From positions 32,001 through 96,000 of the forward strand of contig JBNKUM010000118.1 in assembly GCA_050298595.1 (NCBI GenBank): DNA of 64,000 bases. Direction: 5' to 3'. The position numbers and the translations under genes were made by a program. A model generated the notes under the pieces. It was not told where the DNA came from. It saw only the letters and a program-made list of their open reading frames with translations, and did no database searches. This DNA comes from Gammaproteobacteria bacterium (GTDB lineage: Bacteria; Pseudomonadota; Gammaproteobacteria; GCA-001735895). Below are positions 45,725 through 56,471 of the stretch, piece after piece; the first letter of the stretch is position 1, and each line of letters starts with the position of its first letter.

Positions 45725-47198
45725 ACTTAAGCCTGTAGCCAAGCTTTAAAATTTCGATACATTCCTGAGTAAGATCAGCATGGGTTAATGGATGTTTATC
45801 CAGATACCCTTTGCTGAATTTCAGCTTGAATAACTTCTTGGCATATTTGATTTTAACCAGACGTGTACTATCAAAATCTCGACTTCGCTCAAGGATGATT
45901 GCAATACGTAACAGGCATAAAACTAACAGTATCTTTTTATTCAGACGTGGAAATTCTTCAACCAGGTGAATTTTGATCTTGCCACGTTGTAAGCGTAATA
46001 ACAGCCCAAGAGTATTTTGCATCTCGCGCGAAAAACCCGGCATATCTGATTGTTCAATAATATATCCACTATGATCTGGATAGTTAGTGTGTGAGATTGA
46101 TAAACCGACTTCATGCAGTTTGCAGCTCCATAATAACAATAAGCGCTGCTGCTCTTCAGTCTCAATATCCAGTTGATCGTACAGATGCATTGCGCTGCTG
46201 CAAATGCGCCCTGACTGGGCCACATCGATCTGGTAACGTAATTCAAAATCACGTACGGTATCTATTCGGATATCATGGCCGCCAGCGGTTTCTATCATGT
46301 CATTTAACAGGCCTTCTCGCAGTGCGCCTTCTGACGCCAGCATGGATTCAATCTGAAATTCTTCAAATGCAGCAATCAAAACACACAAGCCACCAATAAT
46401 GACCGGTGCGCGGTTTTCCGATAAGCCCGGCAAAATGACATGGTCTATATGCCCTGCCCTGGCCCACAACTCACTGAGTTGTTTAAGGTGTGAATAATCG
46501 ATTAAGCCCTGTGTGCCGTAATTCTCGGTTAGAATTCTGGCAATGGTTTTTATAGTACCGGATGAACCAATACACTCCTGCCAACCATGCGCCATATATT
46601 CATCACTAATCCATTCCAGTTTGCGACGACAGTCAATGACAGCACACTGGATCAAGGTTTCGCTGATTACACCGTCGGCAAACCATTTCTTGGTCGTGGT
46701 TACACAGCCCATATTCAGGCTTTCCATCATGATCGGCTGGTAAGCCTGGCCTATGATAAATTCTGTACTACCACCACCGATATCAATGACCAGACGATAA
46801 TCTTCGGTTTGAGCCAGGCTATGCGCAACCCCCTGATAAACCAGACGCGCTTCTTCTCGACCAGCAACAATACTAATAGGGAACCCCAGAGCCTGTTCAG
46901 CGCGGGAAAGAAAGGAGGCAGAGTTACGTGCCCGGCGTAGGGTATTGGTACCAACAGCTATGACATTCTCTGCTGGCAAATCCTTAATGCGTTGACCGAA
47001 TCTGCTCAGGCATTGCAAAGCCTGCTCCATTTTTTCTTCGGATAAAACATTTTTTGCGTCAAGACCTGCTGCCAGGCGTACCATTTCCTTTATCGCATCA
47101 ATAGTTTGCGGCTGGTTATTCTGTAACCTGGCAACAACCATGTGAAAACTGTTCGACCCCAGATCGATAGCAGCCAGTTGGCGTTTGGTATTGATCAT
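45717..47198 (-). CDS. ppx: Exopolyphosphatase (Ppx/GppA)
   Basis: [44 protein letters not shown]. Confidence 0.93.
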   Translation of the reverse strand: MINTKRQLAAIDLGSNSFHMVVARLQNNQPQTIDAIKEMVRLAAGLDAKNVLSEEKMEQALQCLSRFGQRIKDLPAENVIAVGTNTLRRARNSASFLSRAEQALGFPISIVAGREEARLVYQGVAHSLAQTEDYRLVIDIGGGSTEFIIGQAYQPIMMESLNMGCVTTTKKWFADGVISETLIQCAVIDCRRKLEWISDEYMAHGWQECIGSSGTIKTIARILTENYGTQGLIDYSHLKQLSELWARAGHIDHVILPGLSENRAPVIIGGLCVLIAAFEEFQIESMLASEGALREGLLNDMIETAGGHDIRIDTVRDFELRYQIDVAQSGRICSSAMHLYDQLDIETEEQQRLLLLWSCKLHEVGLSISHTNYPDHSGYIIEQSDMPGFSREMQNTLGLLLRLQRGKIKIHLVEEFPRLNKKILLVLCLLRIAIILERSRDFDSTRLVKIKYAKKLFKLKFSKGYLDKHPLTHADLTQECIEILKLGYRLKFK

Positions 47199-47201
47199 AT
47201 A

Positions 47202-49403
47202 TTATCGATTTCTGTTTTTTCGCAAGCTACTGCGGTAGTTCATTTTTTTATGTGCCCGAGCTGACTTACTGCGCTGATTGGCCAGTTGCACCATCTTATC
47301 CTGTGCACTAAGTCCATCTTCAACACTGCCTGATCGACGAATATAGCTGCCGTCTGCTTGCATATCCCAGGCAGAAATCGGGTCATTCAAACAGGAATTT
47401 AATATACTGCGACATTCTTCGCGGTGTACATCTTCTTCCACCGGGGTAATGACTTCCACCCGGTGTTCCAGGTTACGCGTCATTAAATCGGCTGAACCGA
47501 TATAGAACTCTTCAACGCCCCCATTTCTGAAATAATAGATTCGACTATGTTCCAGAAACCGGCCAACAATGCTGACTACTGAGATATTATCTGATAAGCC
47601 CTTGATCCCAGGTCTAATACGGCAGGTATCACGTATAATCAATTCCACTTTGACCCCTTGCATAGAGGCAAGATACAGCTCACGACAGATATCAACATCT
47701 TCCAGTGCATTTGCCTTAAAACGAATCAAGCCCTGAGTTTTACCTTTATGGTGTTTTATTTCGCGCTGAATCTTACTGATCAGCGCTGCTTTCAATAATT
47801 TTGGAGCAGGAAGAATCTTCAGATAATTTCGTTTCGGTGTAAAACCAGTGGTCAGATAATTGAATAATTCGGTTAAGTCACGACCAATTTCATCATTACA
47901 GGTCAGAATACCCACATCACTGTACAGGCGCGCAGTGCCTGCGTGATAATTCCCGGTACCCAGATGGGCATAGCGCCTTAGCCCGGTATAATCCTTGCGC
48001 ACTACCAGAATAACCTTGCAATGAGTCTTCAGCCCGACGACGCCGTAGGTCACGTGTATACCCGCTTCTTCCAGTCGGCTGGCCCAGATGATATTAGCGG
48101 CTTCGTCGAAACGTGCCTGTAACTCAACCACAACGGCTACCTGCTTGCCATTACGTGCTGCGGTAATCAGGTAGTCAATGATCTTGCTATCTTCTGAAGT
48201 ACGATACAGTGTCATTTTAATCGCATGTACCTTGGGATCCTGACTGGCTTCTTTCAAAAAACGAATCACACTGGTCGCAAAAGATTCATAAGGATGAGTC
48301 AGGAATAACGATCCAGCATCCCTGATGGCATAGAATATACTTCGTGATGCACGTAGTTTGACATGATCTATGGGGCGATGTGGTTCATCGTGCAATTCGG
48401 GTTTATTGATCGAAACCAGTTGCATCAGGTCACGCATGCCCAACATGCCTGGACCAGGAAAAGTATCCTGTTCTCCTTTCAAACCCAGTTCCGCTGACAA
48501 CATGCCTCTGCGCCCTTCATCCATATCGTTATTTACCGATAAACGTACCACAGTGGCAAATTTTCGATTGCGTACTTCTGACTCTATGGATGCCAGTAAG
48601 TCATCTGCCTTTTCACGTGAGGTGCCAACATTGATATTTCTCACCACACGAAATAGTTCGCAGGCTTCAATTTTCAGTTTGGGGAATAACAGGTCGAGGT
48701 TGTTCGACATCACGTCTTCAAGCTTGACGTATTTATGTTGCTTACCCAGGTTTATGAATCGATCAATCCCCGACTCGCCACTAGGTACCTTGACCCTTGC
48801 CAATAGACTATCTTCACCTTCCGGATAGCGTAGTGTTACCAGCAAATTAAGTGATAGATTTGAAATAAAGGGAAATGGGTGAGCGGGGTCTACAGATTGC
48901 GGGGTAACCAGAGGGAAAATATTCTGTATATAATACTCACGTAATTCGGCCTGCTCTTCCAGTGTCAGATCATCATATCCACAGATATTGATCTCGTGTT
49001 CGGCGAGTAACTTTACCAGTTCCGGATAAATCTCACGGATACGATCTTCCAGTTCGTTGACAATGACATAAGATTGCACAATCTGCTGGCTAGGGGTACG
49101 CCCGTCTACTGACAGCAGCTGAATATTTGCACCTAGTTGCTGTTTTAAGCCGCCGATACGTTTCATGAAAAACTCATCCAGGTTAGAATTCACGATCGCG
49201 ATGAACTTTAGTCTCTCGAGCAGCGGGTTGTTTTCATTCTCCGCTTCAAAAAGAACGCGTCTATTAAATTCCAGCCACGAATATTCTCGATTCAGGTAAT
49301 ATTGCGGGTCAGACAAATCGAATTCAGTTACCGGCTCGGCAGCTTCCAGCGCTGGTTTTGCTGTGATTTCGGAGACTTCATCGGTAGGTTGGTTTAAAGA
49401 CAT
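47202..49403 (-). CDS. ppk1: Polyphosphate kinase 1
   Basis: NREYSWLEFNRRVL, NLDEFFMKR, DPAHPFPFISN, KMTLYRT, ARFDE, LKTHCK, GTGNY, SIVGRFLEHSR. Confidence 0.97.
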   Translation of the reverse strand: MSLNQPTDEVSEITAKPALEAAEPVTEFDLSDPQYYLNREYSWLEFNRRVLFEAENENNPLLERLKFIAIVNSNLDEFFMKRIGGLKQQLGANIQLLSVDGRTPSQQIVQSYVIVNELEDRIREIYPELVKLLAEHEINICGYDDLTLEEQAELREYYIQNIFPLVTPQSVDPAHPFPFISNLSLNLLVTLRYPEGEDSLLARVKVPSGESGIDRFINLGKQHKYVKLEDVMSNNLDLLFPKLKIEACELFRVVRNINVGTSREKADDLLASIESEVRNRKFATVVRLSVNNDMDEGRRGMLSAELGLKGEQDTFPGPGMLGMRDLMQLVSINKPELHDEPHRPIDHVKLRASRSIFYAIRDAGSLFLTHPYESFATSVIRFLKEASQDPKVHAIKMTLYRTSEDSKIIDYLITAARNGKQVAVVVELQARFDEAANIIWASRLEEAGIHVTYGVVGLKTHCKVILVVRKDYTGLRRYAHLGTGNYHAGTARLYSDVGILTCNDEIGRDLTELFNYLTTGFTPKRNYLKILPAPKLLKAALISKIQREIKHHKGKTQGLIRFKANALEDVDICRELYLASMQGVKVELIIRDTCRIRPGIKGLSDNISVVSIVGRFLEHSRIYYFRNGGVEEFYIGSADLMTRNLEHRVEVITPVEEDVHREECRSILNSCLNDPISAWDMQADGSYIRRSGSVEDGLSAQDKMVQLANQRSKSARAHKKMNYRSSLRKNRNR

Positions 49404-49525
49404 TTGAATTCCTGGCGATATTTTTGGACTAGGTCATGTAAAATTAGATTCGCTACCCGTTAAGATTAAAGTATAAACGTTTTTTTTTCATTAATTTCAT
49501 TCTCATAAATAACTCTTCTAATGTT

Positions 49526-50089
49526 ATGCCTCAAATATTAAATAACGATTTGATTCCTGTTATTCTGATTGTTTTCGGTTTATTTTTCATTTTTTTCATC
49601 AATCGATCCCGCCTCTCGGGCTATTGGCTGAACCTGAAAACTCGCCGCTGCCTGGAACACCTGGGAGTGGATCAGATTACCAATGTTAAATGCCCGGATG
49701 GACTAGGGCACGAATTCAGCTTAGATCGGTTGATTCTGCGCCAAAATGGCATATCCATACTGATATACAAAAAATACCCCGGAAAGATTTTCTGTGCCGA
49801 CCATATAGATGAATGGACACAGATGCTGGGTCAGAAAAGCTATACTTTTACAAACCCACTGTTTGAACTGGATTTTCAGATTAAGGCTCTGCAGGCCTGT
49901 ATCCCCGGCATTGACATTGATGGCTACCTGTTTTTTGACCACAATGCCGAATTTCCAAAAGGACACCCGCAACGGGTCATTCACCCTCAGCATATTCCAC
50001 ACAATCTTCATCGCCCTCAACATATCGAGATTGATCAAAAGATCATACAGGCGTGGAATGATTTTAGATCTGATATGAAAACTGCATGA
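49526..50089 (+). CDS. Membrane-anchored NERD-like (nuclease-related domain) protein
   Basis: N-terminal TM; LDRLILRQNGISIL..K.YPGKIF...WTQ.....YTFTNPL resembles NERD. Confidence 0.65.
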   Translation: MPQILNNDLIPVILIVFGLFFIFFINRSRLSGYWLNLKTRRCLEHLGVDQITNVKCPDGLGHEFSLDRLILRQNGISILIYKKYPGKIFCADHIDEWTQMLGQKSYTFTNPLFELDFQIKALQACIPGIDIDGYLFFDHNAEFPKGHPQRVIHPQHIPHNLHRPQHIEIDQKIIQAWNDFRSDMKTA

Positions 50090-51279
50090 CCCCTGACAGC
50101 AGGTTGAAAAATGTCTGGCAGCTATCCCTGGCCCAGGCATTAATGATGTCGGTGAATACCCTTCTATTCACCCTGTCCGCCATCCTTGGATATGAGCTTG
50201 CTGATACCAAGTCACTGGCTACCCTGCCACTGGCTATTCAATTTTGCATTACCATGCTAACCAGTTTTCCTGCTTCTATGTTTATGAACCGTTATGGGCG
50301 CAAGGCCGGATTCATTCTCAGCTCATTTATAGGATTCGCAGGAACGCTACTGGCCATTCTTGCGGTAAACGAACACTCTTTTGTTGTGTACTGCATGGCA
50401 ACAGCACTGTTTGGCATTTACACTGGATTTGGCAATTATTATCGCTTTGTAGCAGTCGAGGTTTCACCTCCAGAAAAACGAAATAACGCGATTTCCTATG
50501 TACTCGCTGGCGGTGTCATAGCAGCAGTGGTTGGCCCTAATCTCGCCAATTACACCAGAGATCTTTTCAGCATCGCCTATATTGGTAGTTTTATAGCAGT
50601 ATTTATCCTGTATGGATTTAACCTGCTCAATTTCTCCATAATGGATTTACCCAAACCAGTAAACCGTTCAATACAGGACTACGCTCGTCCACTCAAAGAG
50701 ATTATTGCACAGCCTGCTTATCTGGCAGCTCTGCTATCTGCCACTTTGGGGTATAGCATGATGTCGCTGTTGATGACTGCTACTCCTCTGGCGATGAAGC
50801 ATCACGACATGGGCTTAGGCGATGTTGCTTTTGTCATTCAATGGCACGTATTAGGTATGTTTGTGCCATCATTTTTTACTGGTCACCTAATGACCCGTTT
50901 TGGTATCGAACGCATTATGTTCATCGGCACCGTAGCGATCTTTGCTGCGATTACTATTAACCTGACTGGCAGCAGCATATGGAATTTCTGGCTGGCGTTA
51001 CTGTTACTCGGCGTAGGTTGGAATTTCATGTTTATCGGTGGGACAACCCTGCTAACAAAAACTTACACCGAAGTAGAAAAGGCAAAGGCTCAGGCTTTTA
51101 ATGACTTTATCGTTTTCAGTGCAGTGACCTTGTCATCTCTTGGAGCGGGTGCTTTACAGTACCTGCTGGGGTGGTGGATGGTAAATTTCAGTGTCATACC
51201 CTGCGTACTGATCTGTATGATCTCTATCGCCCTGTATGACCTACATAAACGCAGAGAGACTGCTCAGAATGTCTTTTAA
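50086..51279 (+). CDS. MFS transporter
   Basis: About 12 TM segments, MNRYGRKAGF, YRFVAVE, MTATPLAM, IQWHVLGMFVPSFFTGHL, GVGWNF. Confidence 0.92.
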   Translation: MTPDSRLKNVWQLSLAQALMMSVNTLLFTLSAILGYELADTKSLATLPLAIQFCITMLTSFPASMFMNRYGRKAGFILSSFIGFAGTLLAILAVNEHSFVVYCMATALFGIYTGFGNYYRFVAVEVSPPEKRNNAISYVLAGGVIAAVVGPNLANYTRDLFSIAYIGSFIAVFILYGFNLLNFSIMDLPKPVNRSIQDYARPLKEIIAQPAYLAALLSATLGYSMMSLLMTATPLAMKHHDMGLGDVAFVIQWHVLGMFVPSFFTGHLMTRFGIERIMFIGTVAIFAAITINLTGSSIWNFWLALLLLGVGWNFMFIGGTTLLTKTYTEVEKAKAQAFNDFIVFSAVTLSSLGAGALQYLLGWWMVNFSVIPCVLICMISIALYDLHKRRETAQNVF

Positions 51280-51708
51280 CTCTGGGAACTGATCACCTTT
51301 TTTGTACAGATGAAACTGCGATTCACTCAACTCGATAATATATCGTGATGGGCGTGGTGCCCCATAAATTGGACAGTTAACGACTTTACAGGGCAGTAAA
51401 AGTTTAATATCGACAATCTCAGCCTGTTCATCCATCCATATAACGGTTAGCGGGATGAGGGTATTTTTCATCCAGAAACGATAATTGCCTGATTTCGGAT
51501 AAACGAAAAGCATACCTTCATTATCAGCCAGTGACGCTCGATACATTAAGCCCTGCTGTCGCCGTTCATTATTGTCTGCAATCTGTAATTGATAATGCCG
51601 CTGGTTCAGGTTGATAGACAGAATATCAAAGGACATTCCTGAGGCTAAAGGCGAGACAGAAAAAATCAGCAGGTATATTAAACTAAAAGCAGTTAGAAAT
51701 ATTTTCAT
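51241..51708 (-). CDS. DUF192 family protein
   Basis: Signal/TM segment, IADNNERRQQGLMYR, EGMLFVY, FWMKNTLIPL, YIIEL. ATG 51708 chosen as the start. Confidence 0.88.
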   Translation of the reverse strand: MKIFLTAFSLIYLLIFSVSPLASGMSFDILSINLNQRHYQLQIADNNERRQQGLMYRASLADNEGMLFVYPKSGNYRFWMKNTLIPLTVIWMDEQAEIVDIKLLLPCKVVNCPIYGAPRPSRYIIELSESQFHLYKKGDQFPELKDILSSLSAFM

Positions 51709-51785
51709 CAGACTGTCTATGTGTGGATTGAGATAGAAGTATTGCCGCAATATAATGACTTCAAGCCGCCACTGCCTTAAAACGC

Positions 51786-51986
51786 TTAATCATGTTCTTC
51801 TATCCATGCCATCTGAATAGCTTCCAGAATTTTTTCATTTGAGCCTTCTGGGTTATCATCAAAATCATCCAGAGCACAAACCCAGCTATGTAGATCAGTA
51901 AAGCGAACATACTGGGGGTCTACATCCGCATGTGTTTGTTCCAGTTCAATCGCTATATCCAGTGTATCTATCCATTTTAAAGCCAT
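51786..51986 (-). CDS. iscX: Fe-S assembly protein IscX
   Basis: LKWIDTLDIAIEL, DPQYVRFTDLH, SNEKILEAIQMAWIEE. Confidence 0.95.
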   Translation of the reverse strand: MALKWIDTLDIAIELEQTHADVDPQYVRFTDLHSWVCALDDFDDNPEGSNEKILEAIQMAWIEEHD

Positions 51987-52182
51987 AGTTCACCTCCTCA
52001 GTATCATTAGCCTTAAATTATAAATCAGCTGTCGTAAAAACCTACTATTTTGAGACAAAATTGATGATTATGAATGTTTGATGCAGGTGCTTTATGGGAT
52101 ACTGAATCTGGGTTACTACTCTTATGCGAGTGGTCAACTGCAGAATCCAGGTTAAACTTGCTAAAAGCAAAGTAGCTGCACT

Positions 52183-52521
52183 TTAATGAGTTTCAGAAAC
52201 CATGTTGATGGTGTATTTAGGAATTTCAATAACCAGATCATTCTGATTAACCTTTGCCTGACAGCTTAAGCGGGAATCCGGTTCCAGACCCCAGGCTTTG
52301 TCCAGATAATCATCTTCATTCTCATCAGACTCTTCCAGGGTTTCAAAACCTTCTCGGATATAGACGTGGCAGGTGGTACAGGCACAGGATTTTTCACAGG
52401 CATGTTCAATTTCAATGCCATTCTGTAACAGCGCGTCACAGATACTAACACCGCTTTCGGCGTTAAACACTGCGCCATCGGGGCAAATTTCTTCATGTGG
52501 AAGTACGATAATCTGGGGCAT
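52183..52521 (-). CDS. fdx: ISC [2Fe-2S] ferredoxin
   Basis: [47 protein letters not shown]. Confidence 0.97.
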   Translation of the reverse strand: MPQIIVLPHEEICPDGAVFNAESGVSICDALLQNGIEIEHACEKSCACTTCHVYIREGFETLEESDENEDDYLDKAWGLEPDSRLSCQAKVNQNDLVIEIPKYTINMVSETH

Positions 52522-54393
52522 TTACACATCCACCTGTTCAATATTTTTTCCTGAGAGTACTTTCTGTACACTCGCATTCATACGTCGGGCCACGTACTCT
52601 TCGCTAGCCACTTCAACCTGCTTGATCGCCTTCTTCAAGCTATCGCTGGAAGCAGTTTCGATTATTCTTTCCAGCTCATCACGAACCGATTGAATCTGTT
52701 GATATTCATCATTTGATAACAGCTCATGACCATCCGATGCCAGCGCTGAATCTACTGCTTCTAACACACGTCTTGCTTCAACCTGCTGTTCAGCCAGCAT
52801 GCGCGCATCGATATCTTCTTTGGCATGCGACATAGAGTCACGCAGCATGGTCTCAATCTCATTATCCGTTAAACCATAGGAAGGTTTAATCACGATATCT
52901 GCACGCACTCCGCTACTTTTTTCTTCTGCCAATACTGATAGCAACCCATCTGCATCCACCTGATAGGTTACCCGGATACGTGCAGCCCCGGCTGTCATTG
53001 GAGGAATGCCGCGCAATTCGAAGTGGGCTAGTGAACGACAATCAGAAACCAGCTCACGCTCTCCCTGCACGACATGGAATGCCATTGCCGTCTGGCCATC
53101 CTTGAAGGTAGTAAACTCCTGTGCTCGAGCTACAGGGATAGGGCTATTCCGATCAATAATCTTTTCACTCAGTCCACCCATGGTTTCGATACACAGCGAT
53201 AATGGCAACACATCTAACAGCAACATTTCCTGGTCATTTTTATTACCTGCCAGTACATCCGCCTGTAAAGCTGCACCTATCGCCACTACCTTGTCCGGAT
53301 CAAGATCGATTAAGGGTTCGCGCTCAAAGAACTTACCCACCTGTTCAACAACCAGAGGAACCCGGGTAGATCCACCGACCATGACAACATTGGTTATTTC
53401 GCTTTTATCCAGCTTCGCATCGCGTAATACCCGGCGACAGGACATCAGGGTTTTCTTCACCAGATCCTGGATCAGACTATTCATGGTGTCGCGCGTCAGC
53501 GTTGTAGTAAAACTGAGGTTTGCGTGCTCAATCTTGATTTCAGTGGAATCATTTAAAGTCAGGTCTTCCTTGGCCTTACGTGCAGCAATCAGAATCTGAC
53601 GTGACAATATAGAATCTATCTTTTCTATACCGGCCTGTTTGATTATCCATTCACCGATATCGTTATCCATATCATCACCACCCAGAGAACTATTCCCGCC
53701 GGTGGCCAGTACTTCGAATACACCCTTATTCAAATGCAAAATGGAGATATCAAAGGTACCGCCACCCAGATCATAAATGGCAATAACACCATCGGGCTGT
53801 TGATCCAGGCCATAAGCGACCGCCGCTGCGGTTGGTTCGCCGAGCAATCGATACACATTCAATCCAGCCAGTCTGGCCGCATCACGCGTAGCCTGGCGCT
53901 GGGCATCATCGAAATAAGCAGGCACCGTAATCACAACACCGCTAAGTTCCTCACCCAATGTTTGTTCTGCACGATCAGCCAGAGATTTAAGTATTTCTGC
54001 AGATACCTCAATGGCACTCACATGCCTCTGTCGGGTAATGATACGTGGAACAGTAGAATCAGTATTGCCATCAAACTCATAGGGTAAGACATTAGAAAGG
54101 CCTTTCAGGTCTTCGATACCTCGGCCCATGATGCGTTTCACCGATGATAATGTATTCAATGGGTCGGAAGCCTGTAACAGCTGTGCTTCATACCCAACCA
54201 GAGTCTGTTCAGCGCCATAATGCACAATAGAGGGCAGCAAATGCCTGCCCGCTTCATCGGGCAGAGTTTCTATCTTGCCGCTGCGTTTTACCGCTACCAG
54301 TGAATTGGTAGTGCCAAGGTCAATACCCGCAGCATAATTACGATGGTGCGGCGCACTGGCTTGTCCAGGTTCTGTGATTTGTAGTAATGCCAT
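52522..54393 (-). CDS. hscA: Fe-S chaperone HscA (Hsp70)
   Basis: [44 protein letters not shown]. Confidence 0.97.
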   Translation of the reverse strand: MALLQITEPGQASAPHHRNYAAGIDLGTTNSLVAVKRSGKIETLPDEAGRHLLPSIVHYGAEQTLVGYEAQLLQASDPLNTLSSVKRIMGRGIEDLKGLSNVLPYEFDGNTDSTVPRIITRQRHVSAIEVSAEILKSLADRAEQTLGEELSGVVITVPAYFDDAQRQATRDAARLAGLNVYRLLGEPTAAAVAYGLDQQPDGVIAIYDLGGGTFDISILHLNKGVFEVLATGGNSSLGGDDMDNDIGEWIIKQAGIEKIDSILSRQILIAARKAKEDLTLNDSTEIKIEHANLSFTTTLTRDTMNSLIQDLVKKTLMSCRRVLRDAKLDKSEITNVVMVGGSTRVPLVVEQVGKFFEREPLIDLDPDKVVAIGAALQADVLAGNKNDQEMLLLDVLPLSLCIETMGGLSEKIIDRNSPIPVARAQEFTTFKDGQTAMAFHVVQGERELVSDCRSLAHFELRGIPPMTAGAARIRVTYQVDADGLLSVLAEEKSSGVRADIVIKPSYGLTDNEIETMLRDSMSHAKEDIDARMLAEQQVEARRVLEAVDSALASDGHELLSNDEYQQIQSVRDELERIIETASSDSLKKAIKQVEVASEEYVARRMNASVQKVLSGKNIEQVDV

Positions 54394-54415
54394 GATTTAT
54401 TAGTGTTAACAGCCC

Positions 54416-54958
54416 CTAAAATAACTGATCTTCCAGCTCAAACTGAAAGTCGTCGAGCTGATCGAGTATACGTTGGACAAACTGCATTTTTTTGCTCACT
54501 TGACGCGCCTCTTCCAGCTTGCCCTGCTGATAGAGAGTTTCAAATTGTTCGGCATACTCTTTTGAGCGTTGGTCGAGTTTACCCGTCACATGATCGCAGC
54601 AACGCATGGGATCCTGGCAGCTTTTGCATTGATCCATCTCTTCGCGTATTTCAATCTGTTCCATCAGAAAAGCAGTATCATTGGTGGTTTCGTGCTCATC
54701 ATTCATATCCAGGCCACCGATTTCGAGCATATAGCGTGCTCTTTTCACCGAGTGATGCAGAATTTCATAAGCTTCGTTAATCCACGCTGCCTTTTGTACT
54801 GCTATACGCTTTTCCTGATCACTGCCATTTATAAAGCGATCAGGATGATAGGCTGCCTGTAATTTTTGGTGATTATCATGTAGCAGGCGCTTATCCAGTT
54901 GAAAATCAACCGGCAGGCCAAACAGCTCAAAGTAATTTTGATTCAGATCGAGTTGCAT
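54416..54958 (-). CDS. hscB: Fe-S co-chaperone HscB
   Basis: NYFELFGLPVDF, HPDRF J-motif, INEAY, RARYML, FLMEQIEIRE. ATG 54958 chosen as the start. Confidence 0.94.
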   Translation of the reverse strand: MQLDLNQNYFELFGLPVDFQLDKRLLHDNHQKLQAAYHPDRFINGSDQEKRIAVQKAAWINEAYEILHHSVKRARYMLEIGGLDMNDEHETTNDTAFLMEQIEIREEMDQCKSCQDPMRCCDHVTGKLDQRSKEYAEQFETLYQQGKLEEARQVSKKMQFVQRILDQLDDFQFELEDQLF

Positions 54959-54969
54959 ATCGGCAATAT

Positions 54970-55293
54970 TCAGACGGTAAAGCTTTCGCCGCAACCACAC
55001 TCATCCTTGGCATTAGGATTGGTGAACTTAAAGCCTTCATTAAGCCCTTCACGCGTAAAATCTACCTGAGTGCCATCGAGATAAACCAGGCTTTTCGGGT
55101 CTATAATGACCTTCACACCCTGGCTCTCAAACACCTGGTCTTCTTCGTTTAACTCGTCTACAAACTCGAGAACATAAGCCATACCTGAACAGCCCGTGGT
55201 CTTGATACCGATTCTCAAACCGATACCTGAACCTCGATTATCCAGAAAGCTCTTCACGCGTTGGGCAGCAGTTTCAGTCAAACTTATTGTCAT
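54970..55293 (-). CDS. iscA: A-type Fe-S carrier IscA
   Basis: [41 protein letters not shown]. Confidence 0.96.
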   Translation of the reverse strand: MTISLTETAAQRVKSFLDNRGSGIGLRIGIKTTGCSGMAYVLEFVDELNEEDQVFESQGVKVIIDPKSLVYLDGTQVDFTREGLNEGFKFTNPNAKDECGCGESFTV

Positions 55294-55304
55294 GTGTATC
55301 TCCT

Positions 55305-56459
55305 TCAGTTAGCTGCACGTCTAAAACTGGCAGGCACCTGATTGATTAAACTGTGTAACAAAGCAATCAGTTGATCGATTTGTTGACAGGTATTGTCATT
55401 ACCAAAACTAACCCTGACGGCATTCAGTGCCAGCGCTTCATCGACCCCCATGGCCCTGAGTACATGGCTGGGTTGAGTGACCGCACTATGACATGCTGAT
55501 CCACTGGCTAGCTCGAAACCGGCCTGATCAAGTTGCATCAGCAGGGTTTCACCGTGGTAGTAAGGAATTGAAAAGTAACTGGTATTGGGCAAACGTTCGC
55601 AGCTACCTGAAAAAATATGCACACCGCTTATGCCCATCAGTTGCTGTTCAAAATAGCGCCGCAATTCTAACAGATATGTCTGACGCTCTTGCAAATTTAT
55701 TTGTGCTAATTGCGCAGCTTTCCCCATACCCACCAGTAGTGCCACATTCTCAGTGCCAGCGCGTCGCCTGGATTCCTGTGGTCCACCACTTAGTAAAGGT
55801 TTTTTAATATTAGCCTTATGATTGAGTATTAACGCACCGCAGCCCTGTGGGCCCTGGAATTTATGTCCTGAGAGCGTTAACAGGCCTGCGTTTAGATCTT
55901 TAATATCAACCTCAATCTTGCCTACCGCCTGAGTAGCATCGGTATGCAGCAATAGATTATCTGACGAAACTTGTTCGAATAGTCGTTTTACTGGCTGAAT
56001 AGCGCCAGTTTCATTATTCGCTAGTTGCACTGATAGCAGATCAGGATTGTATTCAGCAATCACAGCGGTCGATTCTGAGACGTCTACCAATCCTTCAGCA
56101 TTCACCGCTAAATAAGCAGTGGATCCACCCATAGCCGCAATCTGCCTGACCGGTTCAAGAACACTGGCGTGTTCAATTGAGCTGCACATAATGCGACTGT
56201 TCTGGCTATCCGCAACAAAGCCTTTGATAGCTAAATTGTTTGCCTCAGTACCACCGCTAGTGAAGATAACGTTTGCAGCATCGGCATTCACCAGCTCAGC
56301 AACCTGCTGACGCGCACTCTCAATCGCTGAACGTAAAAAGCGGCCACTTTGATGCAGGCTGGAAGCATTGCCATGCGATGCCTTCAGGAAAGGTAACATA
56401 GCATCCAGCACTTCAGGGTGTAGCGGGGCTGAAGCATTATGATCAAGATACACGGGCAT
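55305..56459 (-). CDS. Group I cysteine desulfurase (IscS/NifS-like paralogue lacking the IscS C-terminal tail)
   Basis: [34 protein letters not shown] (PLP Lys), SGSACHS (catalytic Cys); 384 aa, no SPLW tail. Confidence 0.9.
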   Translation of the reverse strand: MPVYLDHNASAPLHPEVLDAMLPFLKASHGNASSLHQSGRFLRSAIESARQQVAELVNADAANVIFTSGGTEANNLAIKGFVADSQNSRIMCSSIEHASVLEPVRQIAAMGGSTAYLAVNAEGLVDVSESTAVIAEYNPDLLSVQLANNETGAIQPVKRLFEQVSSDNLLLHTDATQAVGKIEVDIKDLNAGLLTLSGHKFQGPQGCGALILNHKANIKKPLLSGGPQESRRRAGTENVALLVGMGKAAQLAQINLQERQTYLLELRRYFEQQLMGISGVHIFSGSCERLPNTSYFSIPYYHGETLLMQLDQAGFELASGSACHSAVTQPSHVLRAMGVDEALALNAVRVSFGNDNTCQQIDQLIALLHSLINQVPASFRRAAN

Positions 56460-56471
56460 CGGCTTTAATAA

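Noticed and set aside
53006-54862. Long antisense ORFs opposite hscA/hscB (also opposite rpsA, ppk1, gnnA, gnnB)
   Set aside because: Shadow frames of conserved genes, with no recognisable motifs or SD sequences.
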